Part shown: one piece after another, positions 28,206-39,400 of the stretch
Layout of the letters: each line of letters starts with the position of its first letter
Numbering within the stretch: the first letter of the stretch is position 1
NCBI GenBank assembly: GCA_017512025.1
Contig: JAFWHH010000007.1
Location: 9,155-73,154 of the forward strand
DNA length: 64,000 nt
Source: Clostridia bacterium
GTDB lineage: Bacteria > Bacillota > Clostridia > TANB77 > CAG-508
Direction: 5' to 3'
Translations under genes and position numbers: made by a program
Notes under the pieces: generated by a model
Told to the model about the DNA's origin: nothing
The model's input: only the letters and a program-made list of their open reading frames with translations
The model's database searches: none

Positions 28206-28240
28206 ATGGCTGTATATCAATATTAAGGAGGTAAACGTTT

Positions 28241-28822
28241 ATGAACGATTTAATCGAAATTAGATGGCATGGACGTGGTGGTCAAGGTGCTAAGACTGCT
28301 TGTTTATTACTAGCAGATGCAGCATTCAACACAGGAAAATACATCCAAGGTTTCCCTGAATATGGTCCTGAGAGAATGGGTGCACCAATCACAGCTTACA
28401 ATCGTATTGGAAATAATCCAATTACAATTCATAGCAACATCTACGAACCAAACTACGTAGTTGTTGTTGATGACACACTATTAGATTGTGTTGATGTCAC
28501 TGCAGGTCTAAAAAAAGATGGAGCAATAGTAATCAATACAACAAAAGACTTAGATGCTATTAAGCCTAAGCTAAAAAATTATGAAGGAAGTATTTATACA
28601 ATCGATGCAAGATCTATATCAATTGAAGCATTAGGAAAATATTTCCCTAACACACCAATGCTTGCTGCAATAGTAAAAGTTAGTGGAATTATGTCTGATG
28701 AAGCATTCCTAGCTGATATGGAAGGATCTTTTAAACATAAATTTGCTAAAAAACCAGAAGTTATTGAAGGTAATATGAAAGCATTAGAGCTTACATTAGC
28801 TCAAATCAAAAAATTACAATAA
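28241..28822 (+). CDS. porG: 2-oxoacid (pyruvate):ferredoxin oxidoreductase, gamma subunit
   Basis: IRWHGRGGQGAKTA motif. First gene of the gamma-delta-alpha-beta order. Confidence 0.85.
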   Translation: MNDLIEIRWHGRGGQGAKTACLLLADAAFNTGKYIQGFPEYGPERMGAPITAYNRIGNNPITIHSNIYEPNYVVVVDDTLLDCVDVTAGLKKDGAIVINTTKDLDAIKPKLKNYEGSIYTIDARSISIEALGKYFPNTPMLAAIVKVSGIMSDEAFLADMEGSFKHKFAKKPEVIEGNMKALELTLAQIKKLQ

Positions 28823-28838
28823 GAAAGGAATGATATAT

Positions 28839-29132
28839 ATGGCAATAGATAATAATACTCCTGCCAATGAATTAACAATTGGTGGAAATATTTATACAGC
28901 CGGAAATGCAAGAGAATTCAAAACAGGCGACTGGCGCTCTTGTAAACCTGTCTTTGATAGCGAAAAGTGCAAACAATGTGGCCTATGCTTCCCTGTTTGT
29001 CCAGATGATGCAATTCCTCTAAACAGTGATGGAACAAGAAAAGAATTTGATTATGATTACTGCAAAGGATGCGGAGTTTGTGCAAAAGTTTGTCCTTTTG
29101 GAGCTATAACTATGAAAGAGGAGGGTGAATAA
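28839..29132 (+). CDS. porD: 2-oxoacid:ferredoxin oxidoreductase, delta subunit (2x[4Fe-4S])
   Basis: CKQCGLCFPVCP and CKGCGVCAKVCP clusters. Start at ATG 28839 after AAAGGAA. Confidence 0.85.
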   Translation: MAIDNNTPANELTIGGNIYTAGNAREFKTGDWRSCKPVFDSEKCKQCGLCFPVCPDDAIPLNSDGTRKEFDYDYCKGCGVCAKVCPFGAITMKEEGE

Positions 29133-29133
29133 A

Positions 29134-30321
29134 ATGTCAATTAGAGAACGTTTAAGTGGAAATGAAGCAGTTGCTACTGCAATGAAACAAATCAATCCAG
29201 ATGTTGTTGCTGCATTCCCTATCACACCATCTACAGAAATACCACAATACTTTTCAACATTTGTTAACAACGGTTTAGTTGATACTGAATTTGTTGCTGT
29301 TGAAAGTGAACATAGTGCAATGAGCGCTTGTATCGGTGCTGAGGCTGCTGGCTCAAGAGCCATGACAGCTACATCAGCAAATGGTTTATCATTAATGTGG
29401 GAAATGATTTACATAGCATCAAGCTTACGTTTACCAATCGTTATGTCATTAGTAAACCGTGCTGTATCTGGACCTTTAAATATCCATAATGATCATTCTG
29501 ATGCTATGGGTGTTAGAGATGCCGGATGGATAATGTTATTTAGTGAAAATAACCAAGAAGCTTATGATAATATTTTAATGGCTCATAGAATAGCTGAACA
29601 TAAAGATGTTCTTCTACCTCTTATGGTTTGCCAAGATGGATTCATTACTTCACACTCTATCGAAAATATCGAATTATTAGAAGATGATAAAGTTAAAGAA
29701 TTCGTTGGAAAATATAATCCAGAGCATTATTTATTAAATAAAAAAGAACCAATGGCAATTGGACCTTTAGATTTACAAAGCTTCTTATTTGAACATAAAT
29801 ATCAACAAGCTGAAGCAATGAGAAACGCTAAAAAAGTTATTGAAGAAGTATCTGTTGAATTTGAAAAATTAACAGGAAGAAAATATAACTTCTTCGAAGA
29901 ATATAAAATGGATGACGCAGAATATGTAGTAGTTTGTATGAACTCTACAGCTGGTACTGCAAAATATACAGTAGACGAGTTAAGAGCAAAAGGAATAAAA
30001 GCAGGTCTTCTAAAAGTTCGTATGTTTAGACCATTCCCTGCTGAAGAAATTGCTGAAGCACTTTCTAAATCATCTATAAAATCAGTTGCTGTTTTAGATA
30101 AATCTGATTCATTAAATGCAGCTGGTGGAGCATTATATGAAGATATTACTTCTGCAATGTATGTAAATAAAAAATCAGTTCCAGTAGTAAGTTACGTATA
30201 TGGAATTGGTGGTAGAGATACTACATCAGACCAAATTGAATCTGTATTCGAAGATTTACAAAAAATAAATAAAGATGATAAAGTTGCAGATCCATACAGA
30301 TATCTAGGACTTAGAAAATAA
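29134..30321 (+). CDS. porA: 2-oxoacid:ferredoxin oxidoreductase, alpha subunit
   Basis: GNEAVA...AFPITPSTEI...ESEHSAM are typical PorA motifs. Start at ATG 29134 after GAGGAGGG. Confidence 0.9.
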   Translation: MSIRERLSGNEAVATAMKQINPDVVAAFPITPSTEIPQYFSTFVNNGLVDTEFVAVESEHSAMSACIGAEAAGSRAMTATSANGLSLMWEMIYIASSLRLPIVMSLVNRAVSGPLNIHNDHSDAMGVRDAGWIMLFSENNQEAYDNILMAHRIAEHKDVLLPLMVCQDGFITSHSIENIELLEDDKVKEFVGKYNPEHYLLNKKEPMAIGPLDLQSFLFEHKYQQAEAMRNAKKVIEEVSVEFEKLTGRKYNFFEEYKMDDAEYVVVCMNSTAGTAKYTVDELRAKGIKAGLLKVRMFRPFPAEEIAEALSKSSIKSVAVLDKSDSLNAAGGALYEDITSAMYVNKKSVPVVSYVYGIGGRDTTSDQIESVFEDLQKINKDDKVADPYRYLGLRK

Positions 30322-30348
30322 AATTTTTGAAAGAAAGGACTGAAAAAA

Positions 30349-31314
30349 ATGGCATATAATTTAAAAGAAGTTATGACTACAAAGCCTTCAAGATTCACAG
30401 CTGGACATAGAATGTGTGCAGGATGCGGAGCACCCGCAAGTGCAAGAATGGTATTAAGAGCACTTAAACCAGAAGATCAAGCAGTTGTATGTTGTGCTAC
30501 TGGATGTATGGAAGTTTCTACATTCATGTACCCATATACATCTTGGACAGATTCATTTATTCATACAGCATTTGAATGTGCTAGTGCTACTGAATCTGGA
30601 GTTGAAGCTGCATATAGATCATTAAAGAAACAAGGAAAATTACCAGAAGACCAAGTAACAAAATTCATTACTTTTGGTGGAGATGGTGGAACATATGATA
30701 TAGGAATTCAAAGTTTATCAGGAGCAATGGAAAGAGGTCATGATATGACTTATGTATGCTACGACAATGGTGCATACATGAACACAGGTATTCAACGTTC
30801 ATCTGCTACTCCAAAATTTGCAGATACAACAACAACACCTGCTGGAAAAGTTATTCCTGGAAAAATGCAATCAAGAAAAGATTTAACAAAGGTCATGGTT
30901 GGACATCATCTACCTTATGTTGCTCAAACAGTTGCATTAAATAACTTTAAAGACTTATATGAGAAAGCTGAAAAAGCTATCTATACAGAAGGACCAACAT
31001 TCTTAAATATTATGGCTCCATGTCCACGTGGATGGGGATATAATACAGAAGACTTAATGGAAATAAATAAATTAGCAGTTGAAACATGTTACTGGCCATT
31101 ATATGAAGTAATTGATGGTAAATATGTAATCAACTATAAACCAAAAAATAAACTTCCAATCGAAGAATTCTTAAAACCACAAAAAAGATTTAAACACATG
31201 TTTAAACCAGGAAATGAATGGATGATTAAAGAATTCCAAGATGAAGTTGATAAGAGATGGCAAGAATTATTAGATTTAGAAGAAATGTCAAATAAAGCTG
31301 AATCAGCTGAATAA
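30349..31314 (+). CDS. porB: 2-oxoacid:ferredoxin oxidoreductase, beta subunit (TPP-binding)
   Basis: GHRMCAGCG...GGDGGTYDIG...DNGAYMNTG is the TPP motif. Confidence 0.9.
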   Translation: MAYNLKEVMTTKPSRFTAGHRMCAGCGAPASARMVLRALKPEDQAVVCCATGCMEVSTFMYPYTSWTDSFIHTAFECASATESGVEAAYRSLKKQGKLPEDQVTKFITFGGDGGTYDIGIQSLSGAMERGHDMTYVCYDNGAYMNTGIQRSSATPKFADTTTTPAGKVIPGKMQSRKDLTKVMVGHHLPYVAQTVALNNFKDLYEKAEKAIYTEGPTFLNIMAPCPRGWGYNTEDLMEINKLAVETCYWPLYEVIDGKYVINYKPKNKLPIEEFLKPQKRFKHMFKPGNEWMIKEFQDEVDKRWQELLDLEEMSNKAESAE

Positions 31315-31320
31315 AAAAAT

Positions 31321-31350
31321 AAAAACTACCGAAAGGTAGTTTTTTTTTTT
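31321..31350. terminator. Bidirectional terminator between porB and the ferredoxin gene
   Basis: aaaaaCTACC-gaaa-GGTAGtttttttttt. Confidence 0.8.
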
Positions 31351-31354
31351 ATTA

Positions 31355-31525
31355 TTATTCTTCTTCAGGTGCTCCTACTGGACAAACCCCAGCGCATGTT
31401 CCACATGAGATACATACATTTGCATCTACTTCATATTTTCCATCACCTTGTTTTATACATTCCATTGGACATTGTGCAGCACAAGCTCCGCATGAAATAC
31501 ATTTGTCTGAAATCTTGTATGCCAT
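31355..31525 (-). CDS. fdx: Clostridial-type 2x[4Fe-4S] ferredoxin (56 aa)
   Basis: MAYKISDKCISCGACAAQCP...CISCGTCAGVCP. Start at ATG 31525 after AAAGGAGGG. Confidence 0.85.
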   Translation of the reverse strand: MAYKISDKCISCGACAAQCPMECIKQGDGKYEVDANVCISCGTCAGVCPVGAPEEE

Positions 31526-31626
31526 AATATTCCCTCCTTTCCAACACAATATATATTCGAATCAAATTATTGTCTTAATAATTATGAGCTCATTATATCA
31601 TAAAATTTGTAAAAAGCTACTAATTT

Positions 31627-32547
31627 TTAAACTTCGTCATTATTTTTATTTTTTGAATCTATTTTTTCTAGCTTTTCTAATTCTTCAAGCTCTTTCATAT
31701 TTTCTTTTTCTTCTTGGTTCATAGCATCTTTCTTAGAGTCTTTAATAATCTTTATGTCTTTTGCTTCAAATTTTTTATAAGTAAAATCTTCACCATTTTT
31801 TATTTTAACATTAACAAGCTCTTTTAATATTTCAACTCCTTCTACTGTTCCCTCTCCTGATGGAGTTTTAACAATAGCACCAACTTTTGGAAGTCTTGCT
31901 CCTTTTTCAGCATAAACATCTTGTTCATATTTTAAACAACACATTAATCTTCCGCAGTTACCAGATATCTTAGCAGGATTTAAAGCTATTCCTTGCTCTT
32001 TTGCCATTTTAATTGAAACTGTTTCAAAGTTATCTAGGAATGAGCAGCAGCATAATTCTCTACCACATACACCATTTCCACCTATTCTTTTTACTTCATC
32101 TCTAACACCAATTTGTCTAAGTTCAATTCTTGTTTTAAATACACTTGCTAAATCTTTTACTAAATCTCTAAAATCAATTCTTCCATCAGCAATGAAATAG
32201 AATAAAATTTTACTTCCATCAAATCTATATTCAACATCAGTTAAATCCATCTCTAAATTATATTTTTTTATTTTTTCTTTACAAATTTCTAATGCTTCTG
32301 GTTCTTTTTCTTTATATTTCTTTTGAGATGCTAAATCATCAGCAGTTGCTTTTCTAAGAACTTTCTTTAGTGGTGTTGCCATTTTGGTTTCATCTATTTC
32401 TCTATTTACAACAACAACTTTTCCGATTTCATCTCCCATAGATGTCTCTACTATTACATCGTCGTTCTTTTCAATTACCATATCTTGTGGATCAAAGAAG
32501 TATATTTTACCAGGTTTCTTGAATCTAACTCCTACTATTTTTTTCAT
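31627..32547 (-). CDS. ricT: PSP1-domain protein YaaT/RicT
   Basis: VGVRFKKPGKIYFFDP... and the Cys cluster GVCGRELCCCSF...CGRLMCCL. Confidence 0.85.
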   Translation of the reverse strand: MKKIVGVRFKKPGKIYFFDPQDMVIEKNDDVIVETSMGDEIGKVVVVNREIDETKMATPLKKVLRKATADDLASQKKYKEKEPEALEICKEKIKKYNLEMDLTDVEYRFDGSKILFYFIADGRIDFRDLVKDLASVFKTRIELRQIGVRDEVKRIGGNGVCGRELCCCSFLDNFETVSIKMAKEQGIALNPAKISGNCGRLMCCLKYEQDVYAEKGARLPKVGAIVKTPSGEGTVEGVEILKELVNVKIKNGEDFTYKKFEAKDIKIIKDSKKDAMNQEEKENMKELEELEKLEKIDSKNKNNDEV

Positions 32548-33466
32548 TTATTTCCTCCCATATATTTATTAACATATTGTCAATTGTCATATCATAATTA
32601 TTACTGTTTAATAATTTATATTTTGTTTTTTCTATAACTTTCATTGAATTAATATAACCATTAATATTTCTTTTATTTTTTTCTACAGCTTGAAATAATA
32701 ATATATAAATATATTCAAGTATTAAATTTATATCATCTTTATTATCATAAAATAATTGATTTCCTTGAATAAAATGTAATTTATTTGTACGCTCTATTCC
32801 ATTTATAAAATCTTTTATTTGATTTAATATATCAATTTTTTTAATAATAAAATCTGCTTTTGAAATACTTCCACCACATAATTTTATCATATCATTTTCA
32901 AGCAATGTTCCTTCATAATTGTTTCCTATGTATTTAAATATTTCTGAGTCTGCAAGTTCCTTAAAATAAATTTTTGTACATCTAGATTTTACTGTTGGTA
33001 AAATACTATTTTCATTAGAGCTTATCATTATAATTACAACATATTCCTGTGGCTCTTCTAGTGTTTTAAGAATACAATTTTGAGCTTCTTTTGTCATTAA
33101 ATGGCAGTTATCTATAATGTATACTTTCTTATTGCTCTCAATTGGTTTTTCAAGTACACTTTTTTGCATTTCTCTAATCTGGTCAATTTTAATTGAGTTA
33201 CCATCTGGCTCTATTAGGAAAAAATCAGGATTGTTATCTGAATCAAACTCGATGCATGATTTACACTCATTACATGGTTTATTATCTTCCCCATTACATA
33301 AAATCATCTTTGCAAATTCCTTTGCAAAGATTTTTTTACCTATTCCCTCAGCTCCATAAAAAAGATAACTATGGACAATATTCTTATTTATTATTGAATT
33401 ATTAAGTATTTTTTTATTTTCATCATTTCCAATAATACTTTCAAAAGACAACCTTACATCCTCCAA
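32525..33466 (-). CDS. holB: DNA polymerase III delta' subunit
   Basis: HSYLFYGAEGIGKK, a Zn module CNECKSC, and KTLEEP. Precedes yaaT as in Bacillus. Confidence 0.85.
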   Translation of the reverse strand: MEDVRLSFESIIGNDENKKILNNSIINKNIVHSYLFYGAEGIGKKIFAKEFAKMILCNGEDNKPCNECKSCIEFDSDNNPDFFLIEPDGNSIKIDQIREMQKSVLEKPIESNKKVYIIDNCHLMTKEAQNCILKTLEEPQEYVVIIMISSNENSILPTVKSRCTKIYFKELADSEIFKYIGNNYEGTLLENDMIKLCGGSISKADFIIKKIDILNQIKDFINGIERTNKLHFIQGNQLFYDNKDDINLILEYIYILLFQAVEKNKRNINGYINSMKVIEKTKYKLLNSNNYDMTIDNMLINIWEEINEKNSRS

Positions 33467-34096
33467 TTATACTGCTCCAGTTTTATTTGCAGGCCACCAA
33501 CGACCAATAACTTTACCTTCTATTTTTCCGACTGGTACACATCCAAATTTTCTTGAATCAATTGATGCATTTCTATTATCTCCAAGTACATAAACACATC
33601 CATCTGGTACAACTATATCACTGCATATTCCACCGGTTCTCATATTAGTTTTTACAGAATCCGCTAAATAATCCTCCTCATATAAATTACCATTTATATA
33701 AACACAATCATTTTTGATTTCTATGTGGTCTCCTGGTAATCCAATAACTCTTTTTATATAGCTTGAATTAGAAATACCTAAACTATAATATAAGAATTTC
33801 TCCCATAAAGATCTTGAGTTACTTGAATAAATTGCTCTGCAATCAGAAATATCATCAAGTATCTCAACACTTGGAGCTTGAAAAGTTATTATAGTTCCAC
33901 GATCTGGAATGTTATTAAAATTAACATCCCATGTACTTAAAAACAATTTATCATTTGGATATAACGTTCCTGCCATTGACGTACCCTTAACAGTAGTTGG
34001 CATACCAATGAACGTTTTTATAACAAATACAATAATTAAAGCAATGGTGAAGCTTGCAAGCCATCCCATTATGCTCCTCATTAATCGTTCCTTCAT
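33467..34096 (-). CDS. lepB: Signal peptidase I
   Basis: N-terminal TM, catalytic GTSMAGTL, KRVIGLPGD, GDNRNASIDSR. Confidence 0.85.
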   Translation of the reverse strand: MKERLMRSIMGWLASFTIALIIVFVIKTFIGMPTTVKGTSMAGTLYPNDKLFLSTWDVNFNNIPDRGTIITFQAPSVEILDDISDCRAIYSSNSRSLWEKFLYYSLGISNSSYIKRVIGLPGDHIEIKNDCVYINGNLYEEDYLADSVKTNMRTGGICSDIVVPDGCVYVLGDNRNASIDSRKFGCVPVGKIEGKVIGRWWPANKTGAV

Positions 34097-34147
34097 TCGT
34101 ATATCTCCTAAATCACTCGTTCATATATACGTATTATATTATAAATT

Positions 34148-35554
34148 TTAGTTGTTTTCAACAATTTCTCTAGTTTTTACCGGTATCCTAACAACTACTT
34201 CTGTACCTTTCCCAAGCTCACTCTTTATATCAATGCTTCCTCTATTTTGCTCTATTATTTCTTTAGCGATAGCAAGACCTAAACCTGTTCCACCAAGCTC
34301 TCTTGTTCTTGCCTTATCAACTCTATAAAATCTTTCAAATATTCTTGGTAGGTCTTCTTCTGGAATTCCAATTCCATTATCAATTACTTTTATATACGCA
34401 TCATTATAAACAAAACCAACATATATTTTTATATTTCCATTTTCTGGAGTATATTTAATACTGTTTGTTAGTATATTTAATATTACTCTTTCTAATCCAA
34501 ACTTGTCTGCTTTTACAAGAGGAACATCAGCAGTAACAAAACATTCAACTTTATGATTTTTCTTTTCAATTTCAATGTTTAGTTTTTCTAAACATCTTTT
34601 AGTCATTTCACCTAAATCAATTTCCACAATTTCTGCACTATTTTTATTGCTGTCATAACGTGATAGTGTTAATAAATCTGTAACTAATTTTGACATTCTG
34701 TTTGATTCTGACAAAATAACATTTAGGAATTTTGATTGCATCTCTTTATCATACTCACTATCTAAAAGTGTATCAGCACATCCCATTATTGATGTAATCG
34801 GTGTCTTTAATTCATGAGAAACATCTGCAACAAATTCTTTTCTCATATTATCAAGCTTAACATGCTCTGTTATATCTTGTAATAATATAATAATTCCGTT
34901 TGGTCTATTTTTATTATCTTTTATTGGTGCAAAAAATACATTAATAAATTTTTCATCAACAGATACCATTTGCTCAAATGATGTTACATCATCTAAGTAA
35001 ACAATCTTTTCCAAATTAACATCTAGTTTTATTTTATTAAATATTTTATCAAACGAATCATCTGTTCTTTCTAATTTGAATAAATCAATTGCAGCTGGAT
35101 TTATATATGTTATATTTCCATCTAAATCAAATGCAATGACACCATCTTTAATATGTAATAAAATTGCTTCAACTTGATTTTTTTGTTTATTAGCTGTTTT
35201 TAAACTAAGTCTTAATTCCTCTGTCATTGTATTAATTGTTTTTGAAAACTTGTCTTCATTGCTCTTTTTTCCATCATCAAGATATTTAATTTCATCTTCA
35301 TTGTCGTCATTATATGTTCCAGCTTTATCAACTATACTTGAAAATGGTTTAGTAACTAATTTTAAAATATAGCTTACCGCAAAAATAGAGCAAATTGAAA
35401 AAATTATAATTGTTCCAATCCATGTTGCAATAAACCATATAAATTCTTGACTTTGGAAATTATAATTTTTAATATTCATAATATTATTTATTGAAATTAA
35501 TAATGCTCCGATAAAAATAACTATTGATGTAGTCTTCAATTGTAAATTCTTCAT
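34148..35554 (-). CDS. Sensor histidine kinase (2 TM, PAS, HisKA, HATPase_c)
   Basis: H-box FVADVSHELKTP. N and G boxes NSIKYTP and DNGIGIP...GGTGLGLAI. Confidence 0.85.
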   Translation of the reverse strand: MKNLQLKTTSIVIFIGALLISINNIMNIKNYNFQSQEFIWFIATWIGTIIIFSICSIFAVSYILKLVTKPFSSIVDKAGTYNDDNEDEIKYLDDGKKSNEDKFSKTINTMTEELRLSLKTANKQKNQVEAILLHIKDGVIAFDLDGNITYINPAAIDLFKLERTDDSFDKIFNKIKLDVNLEKIVYLDDVTSFEQMVSVDEKFINVFFAPIKDNKNRPNGIIILLQDITEHVKLDNMRKEFVADVSHELKTPITSIMGCADTLLDSEYDKEMQSKFLNVILSESNRMSKLVTDLLTLSRYDSNKNSAEIVEIDLGEMTKRCLEKLNIEIEKKNHKVECFVTADVPLVKADKFGLERVILNILTNSIKYTPENGNIKIYVGFVYNDAYIKVIDNGIGIPEEDLPRIFERFYRVDKARTRELGGTGLGLAIAKEIIEQNRGSIDIKSELGKGTEVVVRIPVKTREIVENN

Positions 35555-35570
35555 CTAATCTCCCCTTTAT

Positions 35571-35610
35571 ACAAAAAGGAGAAACATTTTTTATAAATAA
35601 TGTTCCTCCT
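35571..35610 (-). terminator. Terminator-like hairpin between the response regulator and kinase genes
   Basis: aggagaaacatt / aatgttcctcct (one mismatch) followed by TTTTGT on the minus strand. Confidence 0.45.
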
Positions 35611-35618
35611 TCAACTGC

Positions 35619-36392
35619 TTAATTAGAAGCTATATAGTAACCAACGCTTCTCTTTGTTACCAAGATTTGTGGACTTGATGTATCGAGTTCTATTTTTTCT
35701 CTTATTCTTCTTACAGTAACATCAACAGTTCTGATATCACCATAGTATTCATATCCCCATACCTTTTCTAGCAATGTCTCTCTTGTTACAACTTGTCCTG
35801 GTTGTTGAGCAAGGTATTTTAGAACTTCAAATTCTCTTAAAGTTAAATCAATTACTTTTCCTCTAACCTTAACTTCAAACTTGTCTAAATCTAAGAATAA
35901 ATCTCCAACCAAAATTTGATTTGCTTGTAATTTATCTTTATCATCATCAGATGATTTATACTCGTTATCATTCTTTCTTAAATTAGCTTTAACTCTCGCA
36001 ATAAGCTCTCTAACGCTAAATGGTTTTGTTATATAATCATCAGCACCAAGCTCAAGACCTAATATTTTATCAATTTCCTCATCTTTTGCTGAAAGCATAA
36101 GAATTGGAATATTATAATTATGTCTTATTTTTTTACAAACAGTTAATCCATCCATTTTTGGAAGCATAATATCAAGTAATACTAAATCTGGTTTATTATT
36201 AACAACCATGTTAATTGCTTCCTCACCGTCAGAAGCCTCAAGTGTATTGTAGCCTTCCTTTTTTAAATTATATACAAGAATATCAACAATTGGTTTTTCG
36301 TCATCAACTACTAATACTGTCTTTTGACTTTTTTCTTTCATTATTTTTTCTTTAATTAAATCACTATTATTGTTTTCTTCATTAATATCCAA
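35619..36392 (-). CDS. OmpR-family response regulator
   Basis: Receiver VLVVDDE...DLVLLDIMLP, then a winged-helix C-terminus. TTG start with strong RBS GAGGAGGG. Confidence 0.9.
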   Translation of the reverse strand: MDINEENNNSDLIKEKIMKEKSQKTVLVVDDEKPIVDILVYNLKKEGYNTLEASDGEEAINMVVNNKPDLVLLDIMLPKMDGLTVCKKIRHNYNIPILMLSAKDEEIDKILGLELGADDYITKPFSVRELIARVKANLRKNDNEYKSSDDDKDKLQANQILVGDLFLDLDKFEVKVRGKVIDLTLREFEVLKYLAQQPGQVVTRETLLEKVWGYEYYGDIRTVDVTVRRIREKIELDTSSPQILVTKRSVGYYIASN

Positions 36393-36487
36393 AGAAAGAC
36401 CCTCCTCACTTTATAGACCTTAAACTATTAATAGTTATATCATAAGAAATGACTTAATACAAGGTTTTTAGTAATTTTATTTTAAAT

Positions 36488-39400
36488 CTATATTGTAACA
36501 TCAACAGTGTATATTTTTCCATCATTATTCAGCTCAATATTCCCATTCTCGACAGCAATCCCATCAATCTTTACATCACAATTATTAGTATTATTTTCAT
36601 TTGAATTTTTGAAATAAATGTTATAAACACTCTCTCCATACTTAAACGAAATACTATACTCATTCCAGTAATTAGGTATATGTGGTTCAAATCGTAATTT
36701 ATTGTTTTCAATTCTTATTCCTAAAATATGTTTAAATAGACAAATAAAATACCAACTGGCAGATCCAGTATACCAAGACCAACCTCCCTGTCCATACATA
36801 TCTATATTTGAATAAATATCTGCAGCAATAACATACGGTTCGATCTTATACTTATCAGCATTTTCTTTATTAATCGAATGCTCTACAGGATTAATCATTT
36901 TAAAATGATCAAATGCTAAGTTATTATTTCCTAGCATTGTTTCAGCTATTACAGCCCAAATTGATCCATGTGTATATTGTCCACCATTTTCTCTAATACC
37001 AGGTAAATACGATTTAATATAACCAGGAGTTATATCTTCTTTTTCAAACGGAGGATTTAGTAATTTAATTATACCTTCATTTTTATCAACCAGATAATTA
37101 ACTAAATTATTCATTGCTATTTCTTTTTTATCGTCATCTGCACAACCAGAAATAATTGACCAGCTTTGACTTATTCCATCTATTTTACATTCCTGATTTT
37201 TTATACTACCAATTACTCTTCCATTATCGCAAAATGCTCTGTTATACCATCTTCCATCCCAGCAATTTTTATTTAAATTATTTTTTAATTTAATTGATAT
37301 TTTTTTATAATTGTTTTGATGATTATAATCATTTTTATATTCACATATTTTGATAAATTTATTTAGTATATTGTATAGAAAAAATCCGAGCCAAACACTC
37401 TCACCTTCTCCTTTATTACCAATTAAATTAAATCCATCATTCCAATCTCCTGATCCAATTTTAGGAATTCCATTTCTACCAAAATTTAATGATTTATCTA
37501 TTGCTCTTATACAATGCCAGTACACGCTTTCTCTAGTATCTGACAACTCATAATAATCGTATTTTTCATCAATATTTTTTTCTAAAATTTCACCTCTTAA
37601 ATACGGAATATCAATTTCTAAAATACTATAATCTCCGGAGTACTCAATATAGTCATATACAACATAAGGAAGCCATAATAAATCATCCGAAAATTTCGTT
37701 CTTACCCCTCTTCTGGTTTCATCATGCCACCAATGAAGTACATCACCTTCAATAAACTGGTGAGAGCAATGTTTTAATATTTGATTTTTTTCTATACTTA
37801 AATCAAAGTATTTCATGCACATAGAATCTTGCAATTGATCTCTAAATCCATATGCACCACCTGATTGATAGTAACCACTTCTAGCAAGAATTCTTGAACA
37901 ATACGCTTGATATATAATCCATCCATTGCATAAATAATTTATAGATTTAACTGGAGTTTTTATTAATACTTTTTCAGTTAAATTATTCCAGTATCTAGTT
38001 GTCTTATTAAACTCACTTTCACTATTATCAGTATTTTGATATTTTTTTATTACCCTTTTACAATTATCCTCATTATCATCACATCCAAAAAATATTGAAA
38101 TATTTTTTTCCTCATAAGCTGCTATATCAACTTCTAAGTCTAATTTAATTATATTTTTATTTTTATCAAAATTAATCATTTTTTCACTGGATGAAATGAA
38201 CATCCAATAATCAAAATCACATGCTAAATTTTTTAATAAAATATAATTGTTATATTTATTATTTTCAACAAAAATATAATTACTACTATCTATTTCGTCT
38301 TCACCAAGTACAAGCTCCAAATAATAACTTACTTTTATTTTCCTTTTATTTGGTAATAGATTTTTTAATTTTATATTATTTATTTTTATCGAATCTTCCT
38401 TTGGAACAAATACACATACACTTTGTTCTATATCGTTAGTTTGGTGGATGTACTTTGCATAACCCAATCCATATATGATATAAAACTCACCTTCATCCTT
38501 AATTGGACCAAGTGATGCATTCCAACTATAATCATTTTCTAAGTCAGTAAAATAAATTAATTCTGATTGGTAGTCACTCACTGAATCATTATTCCATGCG
38601 GTTATTCTATTTAATCTAGAATTCTTGTACCAAGTATAACCACCCATATTCTCTGTAACAACCGTACCAAAATTTTCGTTAGCTATAATATTTGACCATG
38701 ACACCGGTGTAGTTTTATTTTTATTAATATTTATAATATATTCTTTATCTAGAAAGCCTCCATACCCATTATATAATTCTAAATTTTCTTCATTATACTT
38801 TTGATTACTACTATATTTACTTATATTTTTATTGCAATTATTATTTGAAAATTGATTATACATTTTGATTTTATTTTTATTATTTTCTTCTAAATCATCC
38901 AGTAAATAATCTATTCTTCCACATTTACCCGGAATAAATAAATCAGCCCTGTACTCTAATATTTTTCTATCTTCAAAAGAAATATTTTTTAAGATGTATA
39001 TACCATTGCTAATATCTTCTGTGTAATTCCAAAGCAGCTCATTGATCATATCTTGTAAATAATTTTCATAGGATTGCTCTTCATTATTCAAAATGATTAA
39101 ATCAAACTTATTATTAAGATGCTTTAAATACTCATAGCATTTTATTAGCTTTTTTAATATATCAATCTCCGTTATCTCATCTATTTTAATTAAAATAATT
39201 TGTCTTTCTCCTGATATTCCATACTTCCATAAAATGCTTTTTGACAGGTTCAAATTCTTGTCATTTTTCGAATAGTCTTTTCCACAATTATTTAACATTT
39301 GTGAAAGAATTCTTTCAAATAAATTTACGTCTTTTCCTGTCATTTCCATATATTGAATGTTAGCTTCTGTCTGTGCTTTTGATAACTTAATTGATCTATT

